In this document: positions 23,666 through 37,830 of the stretch, in pieces
How positions within the stretch are numbered: the stretch's first letter is position 1
How the letters are laid out: the number at the start of each line of letters is the position of its first letter
Made by a program: the position numbers and the translations under genes
The notes under the pieces: generated by a model
The model's input: only the letters and a program-made list of their open reading frames with translations
Databases searched by the model: none
What the model was told of the DNA's origin: nothing
Assembly (NCBI RefSeq): GCF_009914755.1
Contig: NC_060927.1
Reading direction: 5' to 3' (one strand)
From: the human T2T-CHM13v2.0 reference genome, Homo sapiens
DNA length: 64,000 bases

Positions 23666-25218
23666 TCCTGAAGTGGTTCAAGATGGCTGACTAGCAGCAG
23701 CTAGTGTGTGCCACTCTAACAGAGAGGAAACAAAGTAGCAAGTAAATACTGACTCTTTAAGTGGATCATCCAAGAATCCATGTCAGGATCCATCAAGGGA
23801 GAGAGAGGACACAAAGAGAACAGAAAATAGTGAAGCTGGGCATCTGCCCACCCAGGACTAGCAGGGAGCCAAGAGAAGCTTCCGAATACAGGGACAGGGT
23901 GAGGGAGTAAGAGCTCCCAGGGAATCCACACTTATCACAGGAACCTGTGCAATTCAGGAAATGGGAGAACACCCTTGACCCCCACCCTACCCTGGGCCTC
24001 TAGACTGATACAGAAAGTTGCCAGAGTTTTTGCAGAGGTACCACTCAAAACCATGGGGAGCTCCTTAGGCCTTAGACACCTGAACAACCTGGCACCAACA
24101 GCCGTAACACCAATAGAGGCCACAGTTGTGGTGTTGGGGAGCAGTCAGATTGCTTCACTCCTACCTGCCAGACAAGGCTTGACGACTCCTTCCACTACAG
24201 CAGACCCAGCCCTGCCTGAACTCTGCCAGTGGGCACAGCTCTGTGTCCCCCCAGGAAACACTCAGGTGATGAATTGGGAGATTTCTCTGACCCACACTGC
24301 TGCTAGCCAGATGGGACTCACCAGCTTGGGCTTCCAGCACAGCAGCCCCTCTCCTGCCTGAACTCTGCAGGTGGGCAAAGCCCCGTGTTCCCCTAGAAAG
24401 CATGCAGATGGTGGTCCATGCCACTCCACCCACCCCCACTGCCTCTAGCCAGACAAGGCTCACTGGCTTTGGCAGTGCCCAAGCAGGAGAGGTGCCCTAC
24501 TCCCAGAACACTTTGAGGGATGAGATACTCAGGTTCTTGGGCTGACGGGAATGAGTTGTGCCTCCTTCTACAGGGCCGATCCAGGAAGGGTGTGACCTGA
24601 ATGCCAGCCACAGCCAGTACGTGAGGAAACCCTGCTGCCCAGAGTGCCTAACAAAGGAAATATGAATGCGGTGCCAGTAATCAAAGGGGGCTTCTCCAAG
24701 GCCCTGGAGCAGACCTTGTTGGGGGGTCACCTATCTTTCTCACTGCCATCACAGAGTACTACTGTGAATGTGCTGAAATACACAGAGAGCTGTATGGCTA
24801 AGAGCCTATCTGCTGGCCAACACCCTGAAGCTCCATCTACTGGTTCACACTCCAAATTACAACACCAAAAATATTTTGCCAGTATACAAAGCCTGTCAGA
24901 CCCTAGGCAAAAATCCAGCCACAATTAAAGATCCTACACAGAGCCTTGACCCTCTGAAAGCACCCAGAAACAAAGACAGATGATGATGCTCATTTGGCGC
25001 CACAGTTAAAGGAAGACCAGCCTTCTCAATGAGAAAGAATAGGCAAAGAATTCTGGCAATTTAAAAAACAGAGTGTCCCCTGACCTCCAAATGAACAGAC
25101 TATCCCCTCAGCCAGCTAACAACCACATAACAGCATGATGACAGGGTCAAAATCTTACATACCAATTCTAACCCTGAATGTAAATGGTCTAAATGCCCCA
25201 CTTAAAAAGCATAGAGTG

Positions 25219-25584
<366 letters not shown>

Positions 25585-26211
25585 TCACATGTAATAACTG
25601 ACACAGCCTCAAAGTAAAGGGATGGAGAAAGATCTACCATACAAATTAAAAACAAGGAATGGCAGGAGTCACTATTCTTATACTAGATAAACAGATTTTA
25701 AGTTAACAACAAGCAGAAAGAACAGAGAAGGATATTACATGATGATAAAGGGATCAATTCAACAAGACCTAACCATCCTAATTATATATGCACCCAACAT
25801 TAAGGCACTCAGATTCGTAAAACCAAGTTCTTCTTGACATACAAAAAGATTTAGACAGCCACAGAAAAATAGTGGGGACTTTTAACACCCCACTGACAGC
25901 ATTGGACAGATGATTGAGGCAGAAAACTAACAAACAAATTCTGGACTTAAACTCAACACTTGACCAACTAGACCTATAGACAGCTACAGAATATTCCGCC
26001 CAACAGCCACAGAATATACATTCTTCTCATTCACACACAAGACATATTCTGAGATCAAACACACGCTCAGTCATAAAGCAAGTCTCAATAAATTCAAAAT
26101 CATAGAAATTATACCAAGCACATTCTCAGACTACAATGCAATAAAAATAGAAACCAATACCATGATCTCTCAAAGCTACACAACAACATGTAAATTAAAC
26201 AACTTGTTCCT

Positions 26212-26505
26212 GGCTGGGTGCGGTGGCTCACACCTGTAATCCCAGCACTTTGGGAGGCCGAGGCAGTCAGATCACAAGGTCAGGAGATCGAGACCATCCT
26301 GGCTAACATGGTGAAACCTGTCTCTACTAAAAATACAAAAAATTAGCTAGGCATGGTGGCACGTGCCTGTAGTCTCAGCTAATTGGGAGGCCAAGACAGG
26401 AGAATCGCTTGAACTTGGGAGGCAGAGGTTGCAGTGAGCTGAGATGGCGCCACTCTACTCCAGCCTGGGTGACAGAGCGAGACTCTGTCCCCCCAAAAAA
26501 GAAAA
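26212..26505 (+). mobile_element. Alu (AluSc8-like) inside L1
   Basis: Exact TSD aaacaacttgttcct at 26197-26211 and 26506-26520. Confidence 0.95.
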
Positions 26506-29500
26506 AAACAACTTGTTCCTAAATAACTCTTGGGTGAACAACAAAATTAGGGCAGAAATCAAAACAATTCTTTAGAATTAATGAAAACAGAGATACAACT
26601 TACTTAAATATTTGAGATACAGCTAAATACAGTGTTAGGAGGAAAGTTTATATCACTGAATGCCTTCATCAAGAAGTTAGAAAGACCTCAAATTAAAGAA
26701 CATCATACCTAGAGGAACTAGAAAAAAATAGAACAAACCAACCCCAAAGCTATTAGAAGAAAACAAAACAACTAAAAGCAGAGATGAACTGAATGAAATT
26801 GAGATGTGAAAGCCCATAGAAAAGTTTAATGAAACCAAGTGTTGGTTTTTTCAAAAAATAAATGGGATTAATAGACCACTAGCTAGACTAACAAAGAAAA
26901 AAAAAGAGAAGAGCCAAGTAAGTGCAATAAGAAATGGCAAAGGTGACATTACAACTGACTGCATAGAAAAACAAATGATGCTTAGAGACTATTATGAACA
27001 CCTCTATGCACACAAATTAGAAAATCTAGAGGAAATGGGTACACTCATGGGAACACACAACCTCACAATATTGAACCAGAAAGAAAGTGAAACATGAACA
27101 AACCAATAAGAACCTCTGAAATTGAATCAGTAATAAAAATCCTACTGAGCAAAGAAAGCCCTAGGCCAGACAGATTTACAGCTGAATTCTACCAGATGTA
27201 CAAAGAAGTGGTACCAATTCTACTGAAACTAGTCCAAAAAATTGAGAAGGAGCTCCTGACCCTAATTCCTTTTCTGAAGCCAACATCATTCCGATACCAA
27301 AATCTGGCAGAGATACAATAAAAAAAGAAAACTTTAGACCAATAAACCTAATGAACATAGATTTTTAAAAATGCTCAACAAAATACTAACAAATTGAATC
27401 CAGCAGCATATCAAAAAGCTTATTCATCACTATCAAGTAGGCTTTATTCCTGGGATGCAAGGTTGGTTTAACATATGCAAATCAATGAATGTGATTGACC
27501 ACATAAACAGAATTAAAAGGAAAAAAGCATATGATTATCTCAATAGATGCAGAGAAAGCTTTCGGTAATTCAAACTTCCCTTCATATAAAAACTCTCAAC
27601 AGACTAGGCATCAAAGGAACGTACCTCAAATTAATAAGAACCATCTATGAAAAACCCACAGCCAACACCATGCTGAACAGGAAAAGCTGGAAGCATTCCA
27701 CTTGAAAACTGGAGCAAGACAAGGATGCCCTCCTATTCAACAAGTACTGGAAGTCCTAGCCAGAGCAATCAAGAAAGAACAAGAAATAAAAGACATCCAA
27801 ATAGGAAAATAACAAGTCAATCTATCTCTCTTCACTAATAACATTATTCTATACTTAGGAAACCCTAAAGACTCTGCCAAAAATTTCCTAGAACTGAAAA
27901 TTTAGCAAGGTTTCAGGATACAAAATCAATGTACAAAAAATCAGTAGCATTTCTATACACCAATAATATTCAGGCTGAGAGCCAAATTGAGAATGCAATC
28001 TCATTCACAAAAGCCACAAAGGAAACGAAATACCAAGGAATATAGTTAATCAAGGAGTTGAAAGATTTTTTACAAGGAGAACTATAAAACACTGCTGAAA
28101 GAAATTAGAGATGAAAAAAACACATGGGGAAAGTTTCCATGCTCTTAGATTGGAAGAATCAATATTATTAAAATGGCCATTCTGCCCAAAGCCATTTACA
28201 GATTCAATGCTATTTCTATCAAATAACCAGTGTCATTCTTCACAGAATTAGAAAAACCTATTATAAAATTCATAGGAAACCAATAAAGAGCCTGAATAGC
28301 CAAAGAAATCTTAAGCAAAAAGGGCAAAGCTGAAAGCATCACAACATCAAATTATACTACAAAAGTACAGCAACCAAAAACACCATGGTAGTGGTACAAA
28401 AACCGACACGTAGACCAGTGGAACAGAATAGAAAACTCGGAAATAAAGCTGCACACCTACAACAGTCTGATCTTCAACAAGGTAGACAAAAACAAGCAAT
28501 GGGGAAAGGATTCCCTATTCAATAAATGGTGTTAACTGGCTAGCTATATGCAGAAGAATAATACTGGACCCTTACCTTTCACCATATACAAAATTAACTC
28601 AAGATGCATTAAGTGTTGAAATATAAAACCTTAATCTATAAAAATCCTAGAAAAAAATACTAGGAAATACTCTTCTCAATATCAGCCTGGGCAAATAATT
28701 TTTGACTAAGTCCTCGAAAGCATTTGCAACAAAACCAAAAATTGACAAGTGGAACCTAATTAAAGAGTTTCTGCAGAGCAAAAGAAGCTATCAACAGAGT
28801 AAACAGACAACCTACAAAGTGGGAGAAAATATTCATAAAGTATGCATCTGATAAAGGTCTAATATCCAGAATTTCTAAGGAGCTTAAACAAATCAACAAG
28901 CAAAAATAAGCCTCATTAAAAAATTGGCAAAGGACATGAAGAGACACTCCTCAAAGGAAGACATACAAGTGGCCAACAAACATGAAAAACTGTCATCAGC
29001 ACCAATCATTAGAGAAGTGAAAATTAAAACCATGAGATACCATCTCACACCAGTCAGAATGGCTTTATTAAAGTCAAAAAACAACAGATGTTGGTGGGGC
29101 TGCAGAGAAAAGGGAATGCTTATAGACTATTGGTGGGAATGTAAATTAGTTCAGACACTGTGGAAAGCAATTTGGAGATTTCTCAAAGAAGTTAAAACAG
29201 AGCTACCATTATACCCAGCAATCCCATTACTGGGTATATACCCAAAGGAAAATGTATCATTATACCAAAAAGACAGAGGTACTTATATGTTCGTCATCAT
29301 GCTATTCACAATAGCAAATACCTGCAGTCAACCTAGGTCCCCATCAATGGTGGACTGGATAAAGAAAACGTGGTTCATATACACCACAGAACACAGCCAT
29401 AAAAAAGAATGAAATCATGTACTTTGCGGCAACATAGATAGAGTTGGAGGTCATAATTCAAAGCAAATTAATGCAGGAGCAGAAAACCAAAGACTGCATG

Positions 29501-30394
29501 TTCATAAGTGGGAGCTAAACATTGAGTATACATGGGATATGAACATGGGAACAATAGACACGATGGACTACTAGAGGGCAGAGAGAGGGAGGGGGGCATG
29601 TGTTAAAAAACTACATGTGGGGTACTATCCTTCCTATATTTTAGATATAGTTGGTACATATGCAGGCTTGTTACATGGGTGCAGTATACCCACGTAATAT
29701 ACATTTTTAAATGCATCAATTTTCTTGTTTTGTTTAATTGGAGGATGTAGCTACTAATTAGACATTTTTAGAAAAAATATACATTTAATTACATAGGCCA
29801 AAAAGTTAATTTTATAGGACAGAATGAGAATACAAAACATGTATATAAGTTGAGGGGAATAGAAAAAAGGCAAAAAAAAGGGAAAAAACAAAACATGCTA
29901 AATATGAAGTATGAGATAAGAAATAAGTTCAGTGAAATAAACATTAAAAATGAATGAGTTATATAGCTTCAAGACAGAAACTCATTTTTTAAAGACCCAG
30001 GTATGTACTAGTTCATATTTATGGTGAAAAAAATAAAAACTACAGTTGTCTCTGGGGATATGGAATATTGGCTGGGAGGGGACATAAGGAAATTTATGGA
30101 GTGAGAGTAGTGGTTCATATCTCAATATGAGATTCATTTACCCAGGTATATGCATTTTTCTACTCAACAAATGCACCTTTTATTGCATGCAATTTTATAT
30201 TTAAAAGCTCTAAAAAGTGTTACATTTAGTTAATGTTGACAACGTGAAACTATTTAACTGGAAGAATATTTTTGATGGATAAATTGATATTTACAAATTA
30301 CCTTGAAATATATCAGTAAAATAAATTGACTGTTGGATGGATAGATATGTGATAATGCAAGTATAGTTTAAGGTTAATGACAATATATGTTGTA

Positions 30395-30660
30395 AGCAGC
30401 AATATTCAGATAGCCAAAAAGTAGAAACAATTCAAATGTCCATCTACTAATGAATGAACAAAATATGGTAGATCCATACAATAGAATATTATTCATTCAT
30501 TAAGAGGAAAGAAGACTGATATGTGCTACAGCACAGATAAACCTTGAAAACGTTATGTTAAGTGAAAGAAGCTAGACTAAAAGGTCATATCTTGTATGAT
30601 TTCATTTATATGAAATGTCCAGAATAGGCTAATCTGTAGAGACATAAAGCAGATTGTACT
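30395..30660 (+). mobile_element. L1MB/ME 3' fragment
   Basis: gccaaaaagtagaaacaattcaaatgtccatc...gttaagtgaaagaagctagac. Confidence 0.75.
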
Positions 30661-30815
30661 CAAAGCAAATTATTGGCTGAGGCTTTTAGAATCGCCAATA
30701 GAGATGTTTTTAATAGTATTGAGGTCTGGGATAGATAGATAACCCTCTTCTTTTCCCTTTTAAGTTGGGCAGTTAGAATTAGACTCATAGCTCGACTGAT
30801 AAAAATCAAAAGGTC

Positions 30816-31134
<319 letters not shown>

Positions 31135-31899
31135 TTATTACAATCAAAAGCTAGATTGGAGCATGTAGCTTAAATACAGAGCCACAATGAATTTTCTAAT
31201 ACTTTATGTAGAATTAAACTGAGATCCTCCTATATTGTCTCACAGACATGTGCACACAGAGAGAGAGAAGGGGGCAAGGTCTGCTCCACTACCACCAGGA
31301 ATAGGAGAGCAGACCAGAATGATCCTGTCACAGATCCAAAGTGAGAGCAAACCCAGAAGTTTGATTCCATGTCACAACTTCACTGGGCAGTTGTATCACT
31401 TCTCTTCCCCTTTGGTGAGAAAGGAGTAGAGAATTATAATTATTTTTCACGTAATATTCAATGTTGAATGGAGTGGAGTGAAAATTCATTTTCATTTTCA
31501 GGCACATTAATAATCAGAGATTATGTGTTTCTCCCATTGTATATCTGTCCAAAATGATTTCTTATAATCATGTATATGTGCATAGAATTTTGCAGTTTAC
31601 AAGAGATTTTCTCATAATTATCTTATTTGACCCTCACGGGGTCCTTCTGGGATGTAGCAAGCTGCGGGGCTTAAAACAGGAATCCTGGAAGTAACTATGA
31701 ACCTTGTAATTCTAAAATCTACATAAAGGTTCCCATGACACTATTGTTATAGGATTTTTTGATTATAATACATGTCTCATTTGCCATAACATTTCAGACC
31801 CATTTTACTTTATTTTAGGACACAATGGTCCCTAAATAATGAGAGGTATCAAAAGGCAGAAAATGAAAAATAAGTGAAATTAGATAAGCATAAACAACC

Positions 31900-32600
31900 A
31901 AATGAATCGTTTCCATCCTCAACATTCTCCTTGTCCATTAGCATCACTTACCTTGTTCAAAACCTGAAGAGTCCTCCTTTATTTCTCCCTCTTCCTAGTC
32001 CCACAAATCTAGCGGCCAAGTTCTAACGAGTGTACCTACATATCACTCATATATTACCTCCTTTTCAATACCCATCACTGCATCCCCTCTCCCCACACAA
32101 AAGTCTGTTAACTGGTTTCCCTAACTCCAGTTCTGCATGTTCCTCGTCCATCATCTATGCTACAGATAAAATGACCTTTCAAAAATATACATCTGATCAC
32201 CACCCCTTCCCACCCCGGTGGAAGATGCTGTCAATGGGGCAAAACCACAGCTATTTTCAACTCTTTTTTCTTAATGCTACTAACTAAAGAATGTAGTTGT
32301 GTTCTCACAACTCCCTTGCACCTAGTAACAACTATAGTGCTCATTTTGGGCCACAAGCTATAAGAAATTCTGTTGAGTGGCTTCTGAGAAAGTTTTACTT
32401 TTTAAATAAAAGAATCCATGTGCTAAACCTTCCTAACACGAGCCAGTGCTAGTTCTGAAAGAGATAGCTAAGCGTATTATTCTTTTGCTCTGAAACACTC
32501 TAATGGAAATAGCATGATTGCATTTCTCCCTGGGATTGCAATCCGTTTGCAAGTGCCCTTTCCTTCCACTATGATCTCTCATTGTTTCCAATTATTGCCT
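31900..32600 (+). mobile_element. L2 fragments, with a probable MLT1 piece at ~32215-32420
   Basis: aaacctgaagagtcctcc...ctggtttccctaactccag...ctttcaaaaatatacatctgatcac. Confidence 0.55.
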
Positions 32601-33609
32601 TTTAACACACACATTTCCCCCTACCATAGCTAATTTTTTTTCTCAGTAGGTGTACCATTTACCCACATAGTTGGTAATAACAGAAGCTATGCTAATATTA
32701 GCTATGCTAATATTTCTCTTTGGCCCCACAACCAGGGAGACTTCATAGTATTTGAAAGGTAAAGAAAAATAGGTTTAGTCCTGCCTCTTGGTAACAGAAT
32801 CACATTTATAGTTACCCAAATTTGGCTACATGGGATAAAGTTATGATCCAGCCAAAAATACCTGTAAAATTATATATTGTCAAGATAAATGGCATATTGT
32901 GTCTTATTCATTTATATCACCTTTCTTGGGCACATGTAAATTTCAACCCAGGCCTGGTATCCGTAGATAAGGCAAAATGAAAAAATTTTGTGAAGTGAGA
33001 AATTTACAAAGTTGTGTAATTTCATTTCTCCCACCCCTCCTTCTCACATCCAGATCTTTTGGAATAGTTCCAGTGAAGTCTTCACTTTATTTCCTGTAAT
33101 ATTCAATCATTTGAATGAATAACTCTGAAAATATTTTTTCAATGCCTGTTGAGAAACAAAGGATTCAAATCCCATTTCAATTTTTCAGTGAAATCACTGC
33201 TCTGAGCATGAAAGAGAATGTGGTATAACGATGTAACATTATTTTTCTTTCTTGAGATGGAGTTTCACTCTTATTGCCCAGGCTGGAGATGTTCACTTCT
33301 ATACATTGGTAGAAGAAAAGCATGTACCTTAATCAAAAGAAATATATTTAAGTGGGCAAAATTGATGGATACTTTGCTTTTCTGGAACCTTGCAAAGTAT
33401 TCTCAGAGGTTGCTTCTCTTACCAGACAAGCAAACCCATTGTAGTACTCTCTCAATCCAATTAAAGCCTATCTGTGGTCTCCTGGGAATACCAGTAATGA
33501 AAGAATGGAATCCACTTGCCAGCTTTGTACTTGCCTCTGTCCTCAAGTAACCTTACTCAAACCATTCCAAGAGATTTCTGTTTTTGTAGATGAAGCTACA
33601 GTTTCTTAT

Positions 33610-33955
33610 TGCATTAGTCAGGTAGGGGTGCACTGGAGCATAAATTGCACAACAGAGATGGTTCCTCCTTGACGCAAAGCATTGGTCTATCATACCTTAG
33701 CATCAGTTAGTCAGTCATTAGCTGTAGGCTGTGGTGGGAGAGTAGATCTTAAATATCTTTTTACTTTATTCCCAGTATAGGGCCAGAACACTTATGTTGC
33801 ATGAACATCTGGTGGCCATCATCTGAGAGCTATTCTCCAGGAAAGTACGTGGGTAGACACCTGTGATCCATTAGCTGCCAGCACTTACAACAGCTTGGGG
33901 ATGGGTGTAATTGCTGATAAGAGTGATTTGGGAGGGGCACCAACATCATCTCATA
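33610..33955. mobile_element. Old MLT1-type LTR fragment
   Basis: agtcagtcattagctgtaggctg...gatccattagctgccagcactt...gatttgggaggggcaccaacatcatc. Confidence 0.5.
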
Positions 33956-35124
33956 TACCTGCTATATCCCACCTATAATCTCACACACACACATAATTGG
34001 TTTGAGAACTCTAACTAAAAATGTATTAAAGAGGAGGCTGAAAAATAGGTTAGAAATATTATTGATAAAGCAGTAGACGTATAGTATGAAGGAAGTTGAT
34101 GGTGTGTATTGTAAGAGGAAATAATTGCCTACTATCTGGGTCAATTCAGAAAGATAGACACAAACAGATTTAGTAAGGGTAAGCATACTGATAAGCATGA
34201 GTGCTCACCAGTTAGAAAAGAATTTTTAAAACTCTGGTGGCAGAAAAATTGTTGCAAGACATTTATATAATTTGAACTTTTACCAGCCGTTCCTTTTGAA
34301 TAATTATTACCTGCGCCTGATCAGAAATGGACTTGGATATAAAACTTGGGGCCAGCACTTCTTTGTTTCTGTATAAAGATGAAAAAACTAGGCTGCAACA
34401 TACACATTTGTAATACGTTTTCCATCACTGCACCTGGAATGGTCTTATACTAATTTGTCTCCATATTTCTCCTCCTCTCTTGGTCTCTAACCTCACTGAA
34501 GGTAGAGGGTGGATCTTAAATATCTTTTTACTTTATTCCCAGTAAAGGGCCAGAACACTTATGTTGCATGAATGAAGAAATGAAAGGAATACTAAGAAAA
34601 TGGTCTAAGGAGCTACAATCTCATCTGGAAAAGTCACCACTTCAGTGGTAAAAGAATAAGATACTTTCGGGTATCTACCCATTATAGTTCATGGAGGCAG
34701 TTTTAGGCTTCAGGTTTGTTTGGCTCACCCATTTTCACTCCCTCAGGGTTATTAGAGTGAAGTTAAGTTCTAATTACGGCTTGATTCTTAAATGCCAAGG
34801 GAAAAGAGTAAGATCAGGAAATAAAAAGTCAATAAGAATTTCCAGCTCAGGCAAAAATAGATTCTTTAGGAAAACAAACAATATTTAACTTATTCTTTGA
34901 CTGAAAGATTGAGAAGTTGAGTATAAACCTATTCATGTAATGATGACAGAATAGGTTTTAGAGTTATTGACACTGTATTATACTTGAGTAGAACCTAAGA
35001 GATCAGAAATTCTAATCTTCCAAATTCAGAAATTATGTAATAATATTGGGTGTTTTTTTTTTTTTAACAATAAACTTTGGTTTTCCTTAGGCAAAGCAGG
35101 AGCTTCCTTTAAATGCCAAGGTGA

Positions 35125-35882
<758 letters not shown>

Positions 35883-37002
35883 ATTGGCCCAATCCTTTGC
35901 AAACCTAACAAGTATTCTGCTCCATTTGTCCCTCATAATTCACAGTATAATTTCTCCTACTCTGAGTCTTGTGCATTCATTCACTAGTTCATCATTTAAT
36001 TCTTATCCCTAATTTTTCCTGGTGGCTTCTGCATATTTTAAATATCAACCACATCCTCCTCTGAATTAGTTGAGAAGTAAAACTTTCTGTGCTTTTTTTT
36101 CCCCTCAATAGGGACTTTTATTCATACTTCCTTTCAAGACTTGAGAGTAAGATCACAGCAATGAAGGAGAATAATAATGAATGAGCAGTTACCCAGTAAT
36201 CTGGCATTGCAAGCAAATAAGTTATTCATAAGATAAAAGCTCACATCACAGGTTACCACACATTACTAACCAAGAGAGATATTCAAGCAATGCTTCGAAA
36301 GATAATTTCAATGTTTTCTCCATTCTAAGAGTTTGGCTTAGGAGTTTGTAGGATTTTTTTAAAGGCATAATATAAAGAAAATAAATTTCTTAGGATAATA
36401 TGTTTCTATTTCACTGAACAGTCCACGCAGACCAGACAAATCATCAACTGTGAATATGCTCAGCGCATTCTTGTTACATTACTTTGGTCATTCTCCCCAC
36501 TGACTTGAACTTTCATTTGCCAATTCCAACCCCTCCATCAAGGCATTAAAATAAAAAGGAAGAAAGAAAAAAATGCAAAACTTTATATGAGACTATCTTT
36601 ATCAACTGAGACTCTACATCAAATTCATTCCATATAGTTGATGTTGCCAAAGATAAACAAAGCCAGATACCAGTTAAGGTGGTAAACTTTTTAAACCACC
36701 TTAGAAAACTGGCAAGATCTGTTAAAGCTGAATATATGCATAACCAATAATCCAGCAATTATATTTGGAGGTATATACCTAACAGAAATGTAAACAAATA
36801 TGCATCAAAAAATGTGCAAGTTTACTTATTGTAATATTATTTATAACAGCCCCAAACTGGAAACAAACCAAATTTTCATCAACAAAAGAAACCACACTTA
36901 AATTGTGAGATATTTATGCATTGGATTACTATACTACAGAAGAGCTAATTATTGCTATAAGCAAAAACATGGATGAATACCAACATATAAACATATAATG
37001 TG

Positions 37003-37354
37003 TGTCTTAATCCATATTCAAGCTGCTGATAAAGACACACCCGAGACTGGGAAGAAAAAGAGGTTTAATTGGACTTATGGTTCCACATGGCTGGGGAGGC
37101 CTCAGAATCATGGCGGGATGTGAAAGGCACCTCTTACATGGTGGCAGCAAGAGAAAATGAGGAAAAGCAAAAGCAGAAACTCCTAATAAACCCATCAGAT
37201 CTCATGAAATTTTTCAATGTCATGAGAATAGCATGGGAAAGACCAGTCCCCATGATTCAATTACCTCCCCCTGGGTCCCTCCCACAACATGTGGGAATTC
37301 TGGGAGATACAATTCAAGTTGAGATTTGGGTGGAGACACAGCCAAACCATATCA
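37003..37354 (-). mobile_element. THE1 (THE1C-like) solo LTR
   Basis: Ends ...gacacagccaaaccatatca; exact 5-bp TSD ATGTG at 36998-37002 and 37355-37359. Confidence 0.95.
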
Positions 37355-37371
37355 ATGTGGAATCTCTCAGA

Positions 37372-37830
37372 TACTGGGAGACAGTTCTCCATGAGGCTCT
37401 CACTTTCTGCATACCTTGTAAAGCAAAACATTAAATACTTTGTTTCAGATTCTTTTCCAGGATATTTGTATAGCAAACAACGTTGGAAGATAAAGATAGT
37501 GTCTCCCTTCAGAGCAAAGGAAGGCATGCTTACTACCCTTTATAAAAGATTTAGGTTCCCTATGTTTGGAGTTTTCTCCTGTAATGTAACCCACCATTTG
37601 AAAAGGCATTTATCTGAACCCATCTGTATCACCCCACGGGACTTGAGGGGCAAGGCAAACTGGCACAACTGTGCTGATGGTTATGTTACTTGCTGGGCTG
37701 TGAGGAATGATGTCCTTTGTCTCAGTCCCAGGAGTCTCATGTCTTCTACCAGCATTCATGAAATTATGAGACCCCAGTTTGTCAGCTTACAAGCAGGGTA
37801 AAAATCTCAGACCTTTAGGGGTTCTTGATT
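37372..37830 (+). mobile_element. Solo LTR (LTR47-like)
   Basis: gggagacagttctccatg...ggaagataaagatagtgtctccc...gtaaaaatctcagacc...ttcttga resembles recalled LTR47. Confidence 0.6.

Noticed and set aside
28924-29412. 162-aa ORF
   Set aside because: L1 ORF2 C-terminal fragment of a disrupted element
32684-32714. Short tandem duplications (agctatgctaatatt x2; also ~13337-13368 and ~55346-55390)
   Set aside because: Ordinary slippage micro-duplications with no further structure
37289-37801. 170-aa ORF, the longest in the track
   Set aside because: Chance frame spanning two different LTRs, non-ATG start, no recognisable domain
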